From: Sphyrna mokarran
Lineage: Eukaryota
NCBI GenBank assembly: GCA_024679065.1
Contig: JAGIQG010000025.1
Span: 22,258,001-22,322,000, forward strand
Direction of reading: 5' to 3'
DNA length: 64,000 nucleotides
The notes below the pieces were generated by a model. That model saw nothing but the letters and a program-made list of their open reading frames with translations. It did not search any database and was not told where the DNA came from. The position numbers and the translations under genes are program-made. Positions 27,702 to 41,809 of this stretch are shown here, piece after piece (the first letter of the stretch is position 1; every line of letters begins with the position of its first letter).

Positions 27702-28115
27702 TATTGCTGCCTCACAGCACCAGAGACTTGGATTCGAATCCTGGTCTATGCTGAGTCTGCATGTTCTCCCCATGTCTAAATGGGTTTAAAAAGAACAAAG
27801 AAAATTACAGCACGGCAACAGGCCTTTCGGCCCTCCAAGCCTGCATCAACCATGCTGCCCTACTGAACAAAAACCCCCTACCCTTCCCAGGACCATATCC
27901 CTCTATTCCCATCCTACTCGTGTATTTGATTAGATCTCCCCCGGGTGTTCTGGTTTCCTCCCAAAGCCTAAAAGACATGCTGGTTATGCGTATTGGTCAT
28001 GCTAAATTCTCCCTCAGTGTAGCTGAACAGATGCCAGAGTGTGGTGACTCGGGGATTTTCACAGTGGCTTCATTACAGTGTTAATGTAAGCCCCCTTGTG
28101 ACACTAACAAATAAA
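27702..28115 (+). mobile_element. V-SINE interrupted by an antisense CR1 3' end (~27788-27936)
   Basis: ggattcgaatcc B-box; V-core split as tgggttt|...|ccccgggtgttctggtttcctccc. Confidence 0.75.
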
Positions 28116-28587
28116 ATTTAAATTAATAAATGAACAACTAGGAGAGATAATCTTAAGAATGGCTGAAAAAAGAGACATGCTGTTGAAACTTTTCATCTAG
28201 CACTTATCAGAATAGCCACAACATCAAATTTCAAAGGGAACAACAATTTATAGTGCATGAGAAAGAGGTGTGTTGATTGATTGGCAAGTAGGCTGTGGTT
28301 GGTTGAGACATTGTCATGGCAATGCACTTGGGAGTTATTGTCTTCCACACTTTTGTGTGATATATGGACATATTCCTTTCTTCTGCAGATGACAGGCCCC
28401 TATATATTAATATACATAGCTTCATGTGAGCCTCATTGGTCATCTTAAATTTGTTATTACAGTAATTCTGGGGAGTGCTCAGTAAATGCTACCCAATTGT
28501 GAATTCACATCTAACATTAGAGATTATATTCTGAGTTCAGGAATAGGTTAGTTGATTACAGTCAGTGCTGTTCTTGTTGACAACAGC

Positions 28588-28670
28588 CTGATGAAGGAGC
28601 AGCACTCCAAAAGCTTGTGATACCAAATAAACTGTTGGACTTTAACCAGGTGTTGTGAGAACTCTTATTG
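28588..28670 (+). mobile_element. PLE family A pLTR fragment inserted in PLE family C
   Basis: ctgatgaaggagcagcactcc...caaataaactgttggactttaacc; TSD-like cttgttgacaacagcc (28573-28588) and cttattgagaacagcc (28664-28679). Confidence 0.8.
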
Positions 28671-29017
28671 AGAACAGCCAAAGGGATGTACTGTTTGATA
28701 CAATCCGTGCTAGTCACTGAAATATATGGTGTGCATATCTAGCATCACACTGGCAGTGCAATTCATACAATACATTATTAACTGTTTAGCAGCCAGAATG
28801 AATTTTTAGCTTGGCAGCAGCATCTTATTAATGGAAAACATCACTTGTGTGCCACTGCACGACAGCAATAAAAAAACAGCCAGCTTTATTTTATGTTCAA
28901 AATTGTTGGATACGTTACCATTCCAGAGGTAGAATGGACGTTTTTGGGGTCCAAAAGTGGTGGCATTAGTCCCCTATTTGTTAGTGTGCATGATGTGCAG
29001 AGAGCAATAATCTGACA

Positions 29018-29212
29018 GGGGACTTGTGGCGCTGTAGTGGCGTCCCTGCTGCTGGACCAGAAGCTTCGGGTTCAAGTCTAATGCCAGGATTTGTTAGCCA
29101 TAGAAGGAGCATTCAATGTGGCTCAATGGGCTGATAGTCACCTCAGGAACCCTTCCACCACCCCTGCGCAAAAGATAAAAAAGAAGTGAGAGTGTGAAGA
29201 TAATGTTAAAAA
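29018..29212 (+). mobile_element. tRNA-derived SINE inserted in PLE
   Basis: gtggcgctgtagtgg A-box-like and gggttcaagtc B-box-like motifs; flanking aatctga direct repeat. Confidence 0.6.
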
Positions 29213-31279
29213 AATCTGATCAATGTGACCATTATCCTGCAGGATAGCTTTGATGTGCCCTATTTTGGCTTCAGTCTTACACCATGAGCAAATGGCTCAT
29301 ATCCTATTTATGATATTGTCAATAAGGCTAATCTTGTACCTCTGAAGCTATAGGAATCCCAACATGTTTATTGACCAGTAAAGATCAATAAACCAGTGAA
29401 AACCAATTAGCACATTGAGGAAACAGCACTTGTTAAACTGTTCCATTTCAAAACTGAATTTGAGCACAAGTTGGGACATAAAGTGTATATAAAATTCTTA
29501 TATATGGCTGCAGATTGAAATTTGGCAAAGATGCCATCTACTTACTGGAAATATGCCAAGGAAAGGACGTTAGGGTCATCCCATCAAAAATACATTTCTT
29601 ATGAAAACTAATGAAAATGTTATTGAGAGATGGAACTTGAAGTGAACCTTTGGCAACAGCATCTGTTGGACATAAATAGTGCCATTAAATCTGAAGTCAG
29701 TTGCATGAGTTGTTAAGTTCAAATGTTTGATGAATACAGATTCAGAACATGGAGGTGCATTTTGATTGCCATGATATAACAAAGCTATGTAAATGTCTAT
29801 GGCTCCCTTGAACATCACATCAGTAATAAGCTTTTGATATCGAACAAGCTCATTGACACTACATTGCTGTCGATATATGAAGGTTGCATGTTGTCTACAA
29901 AAGTGAAGGAATCCTTTGCTATATATATAATATCCATTCAGAACTGGTTTAACAACTGACTCAACCATTTGACCAATTCATGTTGTGCAGAACCAGTCAG
30001 TGATAAGATGAAGTGTAGCAGGACATCACTTTTCTGGAAAAGATCTATTTTCAGTAAATATTGCATATTTGTTACTTGACATAATTTTAGAAATATTATA
30101 GACAACAGACACTATATATGTCTGGTAACTTTTATACTACTGTGTTTGTCAGTACATTTCTGAAGAGAGATATCTAGTTCATTACTATATGGTTCCTCCT
30201 GCTTCCAAGCAACAGAGATGTTTGTGCACTCTACAGACTTTTAGGATGTAAATTCTCTGATCAATGTGAATTCTGAACAAGAGGGATCTAAACTACAACA
30301 TATTGCACTCAATACTGATCCCATTACAAATTCTGCTCAATCACTGACTTAAAATCATGTAGTATGTGCTGCACTTAAGCAGAATCTGCTCAAACCAACT
30401 AACTTAGATGTTAAAATGTTATTGATCAACAGGATGAGAAGTATCAGTGATTTTTTATTTGAGTGCATATGTGGGAAAGGCAAATGAGAAAAATAAGAGA
30501 AGTTAATGTGCATTTATGAGGAAAAATAATTCTTTCCTGTTCTTTTCAGGAATGATGAAATGTAAACCAAAACAAGCTGAACCAACTATGTTGGTGTCGT
30601 GCTGTCTTTTTCTGTATTTATATATGTCAAAATGATCGTGTTGTACTATACCAATTTTGAGGGTATATTGTGTTATTCGCAAAAATGGAAAATCTTTAAG
30701 AAAAATATATTTTAGAAAATGTAAACCAAATCCTTCTCATCAATCATTAGTATTAGTTTCAGGTCACAGAAAATCTTTTAACATACTGGAACAAAATTGA
30801 TCTCTAACTATTTCTGAGAGGCCTTTTCAACTTAAGAGAAATGATTGTTAGAAGGATATACTGCTTTTAAAAAAAATACAATTTCTCGTTCTCCTTTTTG
30901 TGGCTCGATTTTTAAAAAAGCAATAAATTATAATCCTTTTGCAAGCAGAATTGGTTGAGTATAATCAGTTGATAATGGAGGACTGTTAGTGGGCTGGAAT
31001 ATACAACTCACACTTACATATAGTTCTCATGCACAAATAGATCACAGCATGGAGGGGAAGCAACTGCCCTTTTTCCTCACTTAGTTACTGCCTTTCTGTA
31101 GGGGAGGGATGGAGTTGGGACAGAATGAGATGAAGTGTAAGTTGTTCTGATCAATTGAGACTCGCCATTATTGTTTTACACTCCTGAATGCTGTTGTTCA
31201 AAGTAGCTATTAATTTGTGACAATTCTTGTTTAGGTAAGAATCCATTTCTTATGGGGTAATTTGTCAGTTTTTGTGTTT

Positions 31280-31660
31280 GTTCCTGGGATGTCAGTGTCG
31301 CTCGTAAGGCCAACTTTTATTGTCCTTAGGAAGATGGTGGTGAGCAAATTTCCTGTTCTTCATTCATTCATGGGATGTGGGCATCGCTGGCTGGGTCCAT
31401 CCTTGAGGGCATTTAAGAAACAATCGCATTGCTTTGAGTCTGGAGTCACATGTAGGGCAGACTGGGTAAGGATTTCCTCTCCTAAAGGACGTTAGTGAAC
31501 CAGATGGGTTTTTACTACAATTGATTGGTTTCGTGGTCATCCTAAAACTTTTAATTCCAGATTTGTATTGAATTCAAATTTCACTATCTGCTGTAAAGGG
31601 ATTTGAAACCAGGTCCACTGATTACTAGTCTAGTGACAATACCAATGCATATTGCCTACC
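31280..31660 (-). mobile_element. tRNA-derived SINE with LINE-derived tail
   Basis: Antisense to the 42595-42925 copy (aaaaacccatctggttcactaa core). Confidence 0.75.
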
Positions 31661-32804
31661 CTGAACCACTATAATGATTTGATACAACGTAATGGCTTGT
31701 TCGGCCAATTAAATGTCCATTCCCATGATCTGGTGTCATATGTAGGCCAAACCAGTTACAGGTGGCAGATTTTTATGCTCTAAAGTAATCTCAAGTTCTT
31801 TTAATATTTGTAAATATGCATATCGCAATTACTGTAATTATCTCTGTATTACACAAGGGTTCAGCTTTTTGGCTTTCATTCTTATCAATAGGGCATAAGT
31901 CCCATCTCACTCTCTTCCTTGAGGTGAATCAATGTCCAGACAAATGCTCATGACCACCCCTTCCCATGAAAACATATAATGACAATTCATATGTAATTTA
32001 ATCACAAAATGATGTGTTTGAATCTCATGGTTGTTGTAAATGCTTTGATCATGATCATTTGTGCTATGTGTAAAATGTATGTTAGTAAATAACTTTACTC
32101 CTCTGAAAGATACTTGTACAAGTGGTTACAGGTATGGCTAGTACTGTCTCCTAACAATTGAAAAATCTAGGTACTGTATTGATTAAAACGAACAACATGC
32201 ATTGTCTGCAACAATTATGAAAATTAGTTACAGAGGACTAGATTGTCAGTCTATCCTCTCAAACAATCAACGATATAGGGCAGAAGATAAAGTAAATGAG
32301 ACGCAAACCAGAGAATGTGAAATAAGATGAAAAAGAAATCCTATGGTAATTGAATTAACATAAACATAATAACAGTCTGATTCTGATTGTAGTTCATCTC
32401 CACTCACTCATTCTGTGACATTTTAAATGTGACCTTAAGATCAGGGTTTCACATACCATGCCTACACTGTGTTGCAGAAGTCAGATGTTGATCCAGGGTT
32501 AGGTCTGTGCTAGAATAAATTAGCAATGAACTTTATGAAGAATTAGTCAGCAGACCAGGCATCTCCGTTCATGCCATGTGTCACACTATCACTGTCTGCT
32601 TGCCATCAGCTGATGTGCGCTCCATTTTTAAAATTATTAATCTGTGTGTCTGAACAGGCAAAGAACCCAGTCCAGCTTTGGCCAATCATGCCCAAAAAAT
32701 CTGAAAGCACTAAGTCAGGATTCAAATCCATTATAGTCAACCAGAAGAAGTTAAATTACATTATTTACAACAATTTGGGGGAGTGGAGTGGTCACCACAG
32801 AGAA

Positions 32805-33165
32805 AAAGAACTTGCATTTGTTTATGTTTTCAAAGCCTCATAATGTCTCAAATTGCTTTATAGCCAACAAAGTACATCTAGAAATGGAGTCACTGTTGCA
32901 ATACAGGGAAATGAGGCAGTCAATAAGTGCATAGCAAGTCCCACAAAAAATAATGAAATATGTAAACAGAAATCTGTTTGTAGCAGTGGTTGAGGGATAA
33001 TTGCTTGTCAAGGCGCCTCCTTTAAAATATCTTTCCACCTGAGAGGACAGACAGGGTCTTAAATTTAATCTGAACAATGACAACTCACCCAATTTAGCAC
33101 TCCCTCAACAGTGACTGTATCTTAAGTCTCTGGAGTGAAGCTTGAATCTACTGACCCACAGGAGA
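32805..33165 (-). mobile_element. Deu-domain SINE (SacSINE1/AmnSINE-like)
   Basis: gcactccctca...aagtctctggagtg, tccacctgagaggacagacagggtc, and tail aacttgcattt; a weaker fragment lies at ~21260-21360. Confidence 0.65.
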
Positions 33166-33389
33166 TACAAGAGACTCTTTGGCTGGGATTTTTAATTGTG
33201 TTTGAAGGTAGGAATGGGAGCTGGCATTCTTTGAAAATATCGCTCCTGATTGGTAATTTAGTAGTTTGTAGTTAATCCCCTTGAAGGACGTGTTAATAGA
33301 CTGGGAGAGTGAGAAGGCAATTTTCAAGTAATAAATCATCAAGCCCAACCAGTTTGGTGCATATCTTTTGAGTTCAATTTTTAAAAATT

Positions 33390-34180
33390 CTTTCACCGAT
33401 GTGGACCTTGAAGGCTAGAGCAGCGTTTATTGCCCATCCCTAATTGCCTTGGTGAGCTGCTTTTTTGAACCACTGTAGTCCATGTGGGTGTAGATACACC
33501 CACAGTGCTGTTCGGGAGGGAGTTCCAGGATTTTGACCAGTGACAGTGAAGGAGCAGCAATATGGTTTCAAGTCAGAATGGTTTGTGGTTTGGAGGGGAA
33601 TTTCCAAATGGTGGTGGTGTTCCTATGCATCTGTTTCCTTTATCCTAGTGGTAGTGGTTGCGGGTGATGAACCTTTGTGAATTCCTACAATGTATATCGA
33701 GCTTTTTCGATGCTATTGGAGCTGCACTCACTGAAGCAAGTGGAGAATTTGTTTTATACTTCTGATTTGTGTCTTGTAGATTACAGACTGGGGAGTCGAG
33801 ATGTGAGTTACCCTGTTCAGAATTCTAAACTTCTGTCCTGCTAAAGTAGTCATTTATGGTATTTATATGGTTAATCCAGTTCAGTTACTCAACAGAGTTA
33901 ACTCCTGAGATGTTGATAGTTAGTTCATTCCACTGAATATCATGTGGATATAGCTGGATTCTCTCAGATTGGGGATGGTCATTATCTAGGCATTTGTGTG
34001 GTACAAATGTTACGTGCCCTTTATCAATCCAAGCATGAATGTTGTCCAGGTCTTGCTGTATATGAACAGTTTCAGTATTTGAAGAGTTGGGAATGGTGCT
34101 GAACATTGTGAAATCATCAGTGGACACCCCCAATTCTGACTTTGTGTTGGAAGGAAGATCATTGATGAAGCAACATTACC
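33390..34180 (-). mobile_element. CR1/L2-group LINE 3' fragment
   Basis: Peptide DDFTMFSTI...QQDLDNIHAWIDKGHVTFVPHKC; tail ggcaattagggatgggcaataaa shared with the SINE family. Confidence 0.75.
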
Positions 34181-36479
34181 TTCCAGGGAGCAATTAAGTA
34201 ATTTTTTTTTTTGAAAAAAAACAACTGGGGACTTTTATCTGAATTTGGGCACAGTATCTTTCTATTGGCTGCTTGGCACTTCTTTGTGCAGTGAATCCAC
34301 TGACCCTCTGCTGTTCTGCCACCTCTCCTGAAAGACCGCAGCAGGCCCTGTCATGGTTGTCACCTCCCCCTTTTTGACAATCATGCTTAAAACCCAGTTT
34401 CCTTATCAAAACTCAGCTCTGTTGACTGGACACCGGGTCACCATTAGCCTGATTAGGATATCATCTTTCAAGATTGCATTGCAGAAATGATGCCGATACA
34501 GACCTGGAAATTACCTGGGTGTTGGGTTTCAGGCCTTGATTGAAAAAAGCCCTTCAATTCTCCATTGTTCTAGTTTTTGGGCTACTCTTGACTTGCTGAT
34601 TGACAGTGGCAGGTCCACATGAATCAGAATTTCTCATCCCAGGCCATTCCCAAAAACATAATCTACAAGATAGCAGCTACCGAGATACACTGGAAACTGA
34701 TCCCTTGCCCAGGTTATTCTATCATTGCATGTGTGCATGTGTCGCATGCAAATTCTGTCTCCTGAAATTTGTCAGCAAAGAATTAGAGAGTTTCGTCCGC
34801 AGACTAAAAAGCTGATGTGAAGAGTCTGCTTGTCCATCTTCCACCCCCATCCACCCTTCATTTGGCCCCACAAGAATGTGAAGTTATTGAAATGTGCTAT
34901 GAATTTGAATAGATCTTTTAAAAGAGCTTCGTCAGCTTCTACCAGCATTTTTGTTACCTCTCCACCCACATAGAGGAAATAAGCTTATTGTGGAGGTTTT
35001 GTTGATCAAATCTACATTGTGCTAAAAATAGTTTCTAGTAATCTTACTTAACACAGGAGTATGTCATGCTGTAAATTGACAGTTAGTGAAACAATTAACA
35101 TCAGAATAATATTCTGCTTAAATTGGAGTGTTTTAGACTCTGATGGCCAGTTTTACATTTGGAACATGCGTGGTGTTCCAAATGTGCAAATGATGTTTTT
35201 AAATGCAATTAAATTATTTCCCAAAAGGTTCCTGTACATAAATGCACTATAACTTAACTTCATTCAGAAAAGTGAGATTCTGTTTGTACACGGGTAACAA
35301 GTGGAAGTTAAAAATTTTGCATAAAGTTTGGGGTCTTGGGAAAAGCAACCAAAACTACACACTAATGTGCTTCTGATGACAAGCAATTAACAATCTTCCA
35401 ACCGGAAAACAGTAGTAGATTCTCAAATAGAGGATGGGAGTAGGTTAAAAATGGAATGGTGAACAAACACATCCCTATTAGCAGCCATTGTACTGGATAA
35501 CAACTGGATGAGGTGACAAGAGGTATAAGTTTTTAAAATAATTACTGTTCTGCAATAACAATACATAAGCATTGTGAATCACCTTAAAACACTTTTTATA
35601 TTCTCTTTTTTCCTTGGAGTTTTTTCTCTCTTGACTCTTCTGAAGAGGCTGACTTGGGCTGGGAATGCTTCCATAGACATCCCAACCCTCAAGTGTTTTG
35701 TCCACAATCTAATTTTCCTATTATCTCCTTGACACATTTGACTGTGCTCACTTTCTTCAAGGTCTCAAATAGTTTCTACCTGCTCTCCTCCTCCCTACAT
35801 TTTTCCAAATTTAGCTCACCCACCACCCTCCCTCTTTCTCAAATTATGGTGCTCTGTGATTTACCAAAAATTAAATCACAAATGATTCAGACCTGACTCA
35901 TTTCCCCTTACCCACATGTGCTGGCTTAACAGAATATCGTTAGCTATTTTGAAAAGAAAATTATGCAATAATTGAGGAACTTCGATTCAGACAAAAGAAC
36001 CCAATTCAAGTCAGTGGTTTAAGATTTAGGTGAAAGTTTATTTGGGGTTTATTTATTTAGGTGAGGAGATATATTGGAATGGTACCAAGAATTGTTTGCA
36101 TGAACATTGGTTAGTGCATCACTCCATTCGCCATGTTCTTAATGTATGAATCTAGATGGTAAGTACCAGCAGACAGTTCAACATGGGTGGATGCCTTTAA
36201 GGTACTTTCCTATAGTGGACATTAGTTACAATTAAGAGCAACAGAATGTGCTGATTTTTCAGTCTCCTAATTAAAGTTATGAAGCCAATTCTGGTATTCT
36301 TAAGATAAGCCTTGCAGACCAGGGGTTGAACCTGGGACTTTTCTGATATTTATTGATTTGCACCACACCCAGGACACTTTATATACTCGTGTGTGTACTT
36401 TCATTGTACAATGTTTCTCTATAGAACCATCTGGTATATTTGAATAGTCAAGTTAATTGTGTTTCATAAACAGGATTCC

Positions 36480-37515
36480 AAGATTATGTTGCGGATAAAG
36501 GGAAACCAGTGGATGTACTGTACTTAGATTTCCAGAAGATATAAAATATCCTTTTATATAAAGTGTCATATCAAAGGTTGTTGTGGAAAATGAAATGGTA
36601 TAGGGAATAACATATTGGCATGGGTGGAAGATTGGCTGGCTAACAGGAAGAGAAGAGTAGGGAAAAATGGGTCTTTATAGGTTGGCAAGATGTAATGAGT
36701 AGTATGCCATAGGGATCAGTGCTGAAACCTTCAGTGGTTGCAATTTATATAAGTGATTTGATGAAGGGATGGATGAGGTAGTATCTAAATTTGCTGATGA
36801 TACAAAGTTAGGTAGAAGAGTGAATTGTGAAGAGGACGTAAGGAAGAAAAGATATAGAGAGGTCAAATGAGTGGCCAAAGATCTGACAAATGGAATATGA
36901 AATTATCCATTTTGACAAGAATAGTAAAAGGGTAGCATACTACCTAAATGCTGAGAGATTGCAGAGATCATATTGATCTGGGTGTCCTAGTGCATGAATC
37001 ACAAAACGTTATTATGCAGGTATAGCAAGGAATTAGGAGAGCTAATAGACGCATAAAAGCATTTATTGCAAGAACAATTGAATACAGAAGTAAGGAACTT
37101 ATGTTTCAGTAATACAGGGCAATGGTGAGACCACATTTAGAGTACCATATACAATATTGGGCACCTTATTTAAAGAAGGATGTAAATGCATTGGAAACAA
37201 TTCAGAGGATTGGATGGGTTGTCTTCTGAGGAACAGTTAGAAAGGCTAGGCTTATACTGCTGGAGCTTTGAAGAGTAAGAGATGATGTGATTGAAACATA
37301 TAAGATCCTGAGAGGTCCTGACAGATTGGATGTGGAGAGGGTATTTCCCCTTGGGGGAGAATCAAAAATGAGGGATCACTGTTAAAAACTGAATCACCCA
37401 GTTAAAATGTTAATGAGGCAAAATCTTTCAGAGGTTCATGAGCCTTTGGAATTCTCTTCCTAAAAAAGGGTGAGAGGCAGAGTCTTTATTTTTTTGGAGG
37501 GGGGGTAGATTCTGT
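36480..37515 (+). mobile_element. CR1 LINE fragment
   Basis: gatgtactgtacttagatttccagaag (DVLYLDFQK), aaatttgctgatgatacaaag (KFADDTK), gtgagaccacatttagag (VRPHLE). Confidence 0.88.
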
Positions 37516-39907
37516 AAGTGGGGGTGCAAGGTGGTGCTGGTGGGGGGTGGGGGGAGCGTGATGTGATAAATTAGCGGAGGTCGGTGGGATGCAGATTTAT
37601 TGGTTCCTGTCAGATGTGGCACTTACTTAAACCAATTGAATAAAAATCATGACCACTGCTCCCCCCTCCCCCCAACACAAGTGGCCTTTAATTCTATGAC
37701 TCTGAAATAAGCTGATATTGTAAGAGTTTTCAACTGCTTTCTGGTGAAGCTATTGATGATAATGGAAATCACAAAAGCTGTTAGTAAAGCTGTAGTGATG
37801 ATCCAGCATGTCTTACGCTCGAGTACAGAGCAACAATTGAATTAAAACCCTAGGATCACTTGAATTATTGTGAGGTTCCTCTGCATCATGGAGCCAGCTG
37901 GAAAGTGGCTGGTTATCTTAACAGAAACATTTTTTGTTCTCAGGGCATGCAACACTGACAATTGTTTCAGTTGCTACTTAAGAATTTTGAGTTTTTTATT
38001 CAGTGCAACATTTTGTTCTGTTCTGTTCCTTTCAGTTGCTAGGGAAGGGTTTACTCTGTCAAATGTTACTATTTTGTTCTATTTCTGCATGTTCTTTAGG
38101 CAGATGGCCTTTATCAGGTTTATTCACTGTTGACCAAAAAATCAGAGCCTAAGGTTTTATTCGATCATCTATTAATAATTATTTGGCATTTTACTGGTTT
38201 CACACACTTGTAACTATATATGTTCTGGCAATTATGAAATTTGTTTATATTTGTTCCACTATCAATTTTCACACAGCAGAAGAAAATATTCTGGCAGCAT
38301 GGTTTTCGTCTGCTTTTTGGTTGACTTTCCTGGCATTGGGCTTGCAACAAAGGAGGATTAGACAAGAGTATGTTTTAAAGCATCACTGCCCATTTTTGTC
38401 CCCATGTTACTTATCTCCATTATCATTTTCTATCACTACAGCTTTGGCAATAGTTCATTAAGAATGCCAACATACAACAGGTGTCCAGCATTGTAAAGTG
38501 AGATATACTGACAGGAAAATGTGTAAATTATTGCATCAGTAGGAGGTATATTGATGTGATGAACCTCATAACTTCTTAGCTATTTAAACTATTGCAGGTT
38601 TCTGAAGCTTGCAGCAACATTAATTTCCAAATGGAGTTGCCAACCTTAAAGGTTTGGTAGCTTCGTTGGATAAGCAGTATCAGTCTGGCTCCATCACATT
38701 TCCACTAGTGATCACGCCATTGTGGAAAATCTCTTCCATTATGTCTAATTTAAGAAAATATGTAGGTATTTCCCACTAGTTAGAGCTATCTTCAATATAG
38801 TCAGTTATTTCTCCATTTCACAGACCCACAATTTGTACCTGGACTGGCTCTGATGCATACAAACATAATAACTATGCAGAAATAGGCCATTTAGCCCCGC
38901 AAATCTGTTCTAGCATTCTATAAGGTCATGGCTGATCTGTTTGTGTTGATAATTCCATATTCTCATCTATTGCTGATAACTGTTGATTCTCTTATCTAAC
39001 AAGAATCTATCTACCTCTGCCTTAAAAATATTCAATGACTCCACCTTCACCACCATCTGAGGCAGTGTGTTCCAAAGTTGCAAAGCCCTCTTAAGGGGAA
39101 AAAAAAATCTCCTCACCTCAATTCTAAAAGGACAACCCCTAATTTTAAAACGTGTCCCCTAGTTGCAATTCAGCCTGATGAGAAAACATCCTTGCCCTGT
39201 CAACCTTATCAAGACCATTCAGGATCTTATATTCTTCAATGAAGTCTCCATCATTCTTCTAACTTACAATGGAAACAAGCCCAGTCTCTTTAACCTTTCC
39301 TCATTTGACAATTCATTAATTCCAGGTGTCAATTTAGTAAACTTCTCTGAACCACCAATATATTTACATCTTTCCTTAAAAAAGGAGACCAAAATTACGC
39401 ACAATCTTCAAGATTTAGTCTCACCAATGTCCCGTATAAGTAAAGCAAAACATCCTTTCTCTTATGTTCAATTCCTCATAATAATGGATGGCATCCATTA
39501 GCCTTCTTAATTATTTACTATACCTGCATATTAACTTTTTATGACTCGTGCACTAGAACACCTAGATCCCTCTGCGCCTTGGAATTCTGCAGTTGTTTTC
39601 ATTTAAGTAATACTCTGCTTTATTTCTCCTATCAAACTGAACAGTTTCACATTTTTTCACGTTATACTCCATCTGGCAGATTTTTGGCCATTGACACTCA
39701 ACTTACTTATATTCAGCTGCATCTTACAGCATATGTTCCTACCTACCTTTGTGTTATATGTAAATTTACATACCATGCTTTCATTCCCCTCATCTGAGTC
39801 ATTGATATAAATTATAAAAAGTTGAAGCCCAAGCAAAAAGCCCTTTGGACTCCACCCACCATAAGTTGCCAATTTGAAAAAGACCCATTTATACATATTC
39901 CCTAAGA

Positions 39908-40475
39908 TTATGGATGCTGGAATCTGAAACAAAAACTGAAAATGCTGGAAAAGGTGTGGCCTTTTGCAATGTTCTGGCGAACCCCAATGCAAGCTGGAGA
40001 ACAGCACCTCATCTTCTGATTGGCATTTTATAACCTTTCAAACTGAACATTGCGTTCAACAACTTAAGAGCATGAACTCACTCCTTCAGTTTAACCCCAT
40101 TTCCATTTATTTTATTTCATTCTGCTTTTTTCATCTCATTCATCCTTTTTTAATCATCCTTCTTTCTCTCTTCCACTTTTCCATTTCTCCATTCCCACTC
40201 TCCTTTTGCGCTCCCCATGCACCTTCCTTTCAGGCTAACTGCCTTGCACATTCTGCCATTCACAGATTCTGAACCTTAATGGACACTTTAAACACCTTTC
40301 TCAGCCATCTTTGTCTTAATTTACATTCCCTTTGTCTTCCTGCAGCTTCCCCTTCAAAATAGTATAAATCTTCTGATTCTCTCTGCTCTTAGCTCTGACG
40401 AAGAGTCATCGAAATATTGGCTCTATTCTCTCTCCATAGATGCTGTCAGATCTAATGAGATTTTACAACATTGTA
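39908..40475 (+). mobile_element. PLE family B 3' part with short inverted pLTR at its 5' side
   Basis: Homologous to 6930-7480 (gaaccccaa..gcacctcatcttct..gaacattg..ttcaacaactt..agagcatga); 39912-39952 is antisense pLTR. Confidence 0.8.
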
Positions 40476-41809
40476 TGAATATTCTCTGTTTGCTGCCAGC
40501 CAGCCAGCCAATTTTCTATCTGTGCTATGTTACCCCCTACACCATTGGCATTTTTTTTCCATAGCACAGTATTAAATGCATTTTGGAAATCCAACTACAG
40601 TAAGCTAAAGGATTTCCTTTATCCACAGCTCATGTTAAGCTTTCAAAGATCCCCAATTTACTGGTCAAACATGCTTTTCCTTTCTCAAAACCATGCTGAT
40701 CATTCTTGATTACCTTGAGTTTCTGTCTGTGTCCAGCTGTAAGCTCCCTAATGATTGATTCCAACACCTTCCCATCAGCAGACTTCAAGTTAACTGGCCT
40801 ATAATTTTCTTTTTTATACCTTCTTCCCTTCTTGAATACGAGGATTATCTTTGCTACCTTCCAGTCTGATGAAACTTTTTTGTAATCTAGCTAATTTTAG
40901 AAAATTAGCACCAATGCATCCACTTCATTTAGCCACCTCTTTCAAGAACCTAAGATGCAATCTATCACAACTCAGACACCTGTAAACCCACAGCTCCATC
41001 AGTTTGCTTAGTATGGCTTGCCGAGTGTTTGTAATTTCACCAATTTTCTCTGTCCCTCCATCTCCCCACTTACAGTTATCACTGGGATGTTTTTTCTTCC
41101 TCTATAGCCAAGACAAAAGCAAAGTAGTTGTTCATTTTACTTGCCATTTCCTTATTATTTATTAATTCCCCATTCTCTATCTCTAGAAGAATAACAATCG
41201 CTTAACTTACTCTTTTTAAATACCTGGAGAAATTCTTGCCTTCCAATTTTACATTTCTAGCTCACTCCCTCTTGTACTCTAATTTCTTTCTCATGATTAA
41301 CCTTTTAACCATTCTCTGCTGTTCTTTATATTCTCATCAATCATCTTTGCGCAGCTGTATATTTTTCCTTCAGTTTTATGCTTTCCTTAATTATTTTTAA
41401 TTAACCATGAATTATGGGTCCTCACTTTAGAATTTTTCTTTATAGAAGGAATGTACTTATTCTGAGTATTCTGAAATGTCTGCTATACTTCTCTATTGAT
41501 AGCCTAGTGCCCCAGTTTACATTAGCCAGCTCAACTTTCATGTATTTAGTTTAGAATTCTTGTCTTAGGTCACTTTTTACTTTCTCAGACTAGATGTAAA
41601 ATTCAATCATATTGTGGTCACTAAGGCTAATTTCATCCTGAGGTTATTAATTAATCCTTTCACAATACCAATATGACATACTGTCTGGTTCCAGAACAGT
41701 TAGCTCTAAACAAACTATTTAAAAAACATTCAATCCAGGAGACAACTCATCCAGGTGACAACTGCCAATCAGAGTTTCCTAGTTTATATATTGATTAAAA
41801 TCATTCATT

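Larger units (their letters stand above)
28155..30050 (-). mobile_element. Penelope-like element family C: RT + GIY-YIG + pLTR, decayed
   Basis: Reverse strand: ILSLTGSAQHELVKWL, KDSFTF, FDIKSL, FRFNGTIY..DAVAKGS, YFQ*VDGIF (YVDD motif), NVLYELHCQCDARY (GIY-YIG), GPVICRRKE. Confidence 0.85.

Noticed and set aside
29576-29968. 130-aa ORF initially considered a laminin-G/EYS-like exon partnering the EGF repeats
   Set aside because: Adjacent frames give clear Penelope RT motifs; the ORF is a frameshifted PLE remnant.
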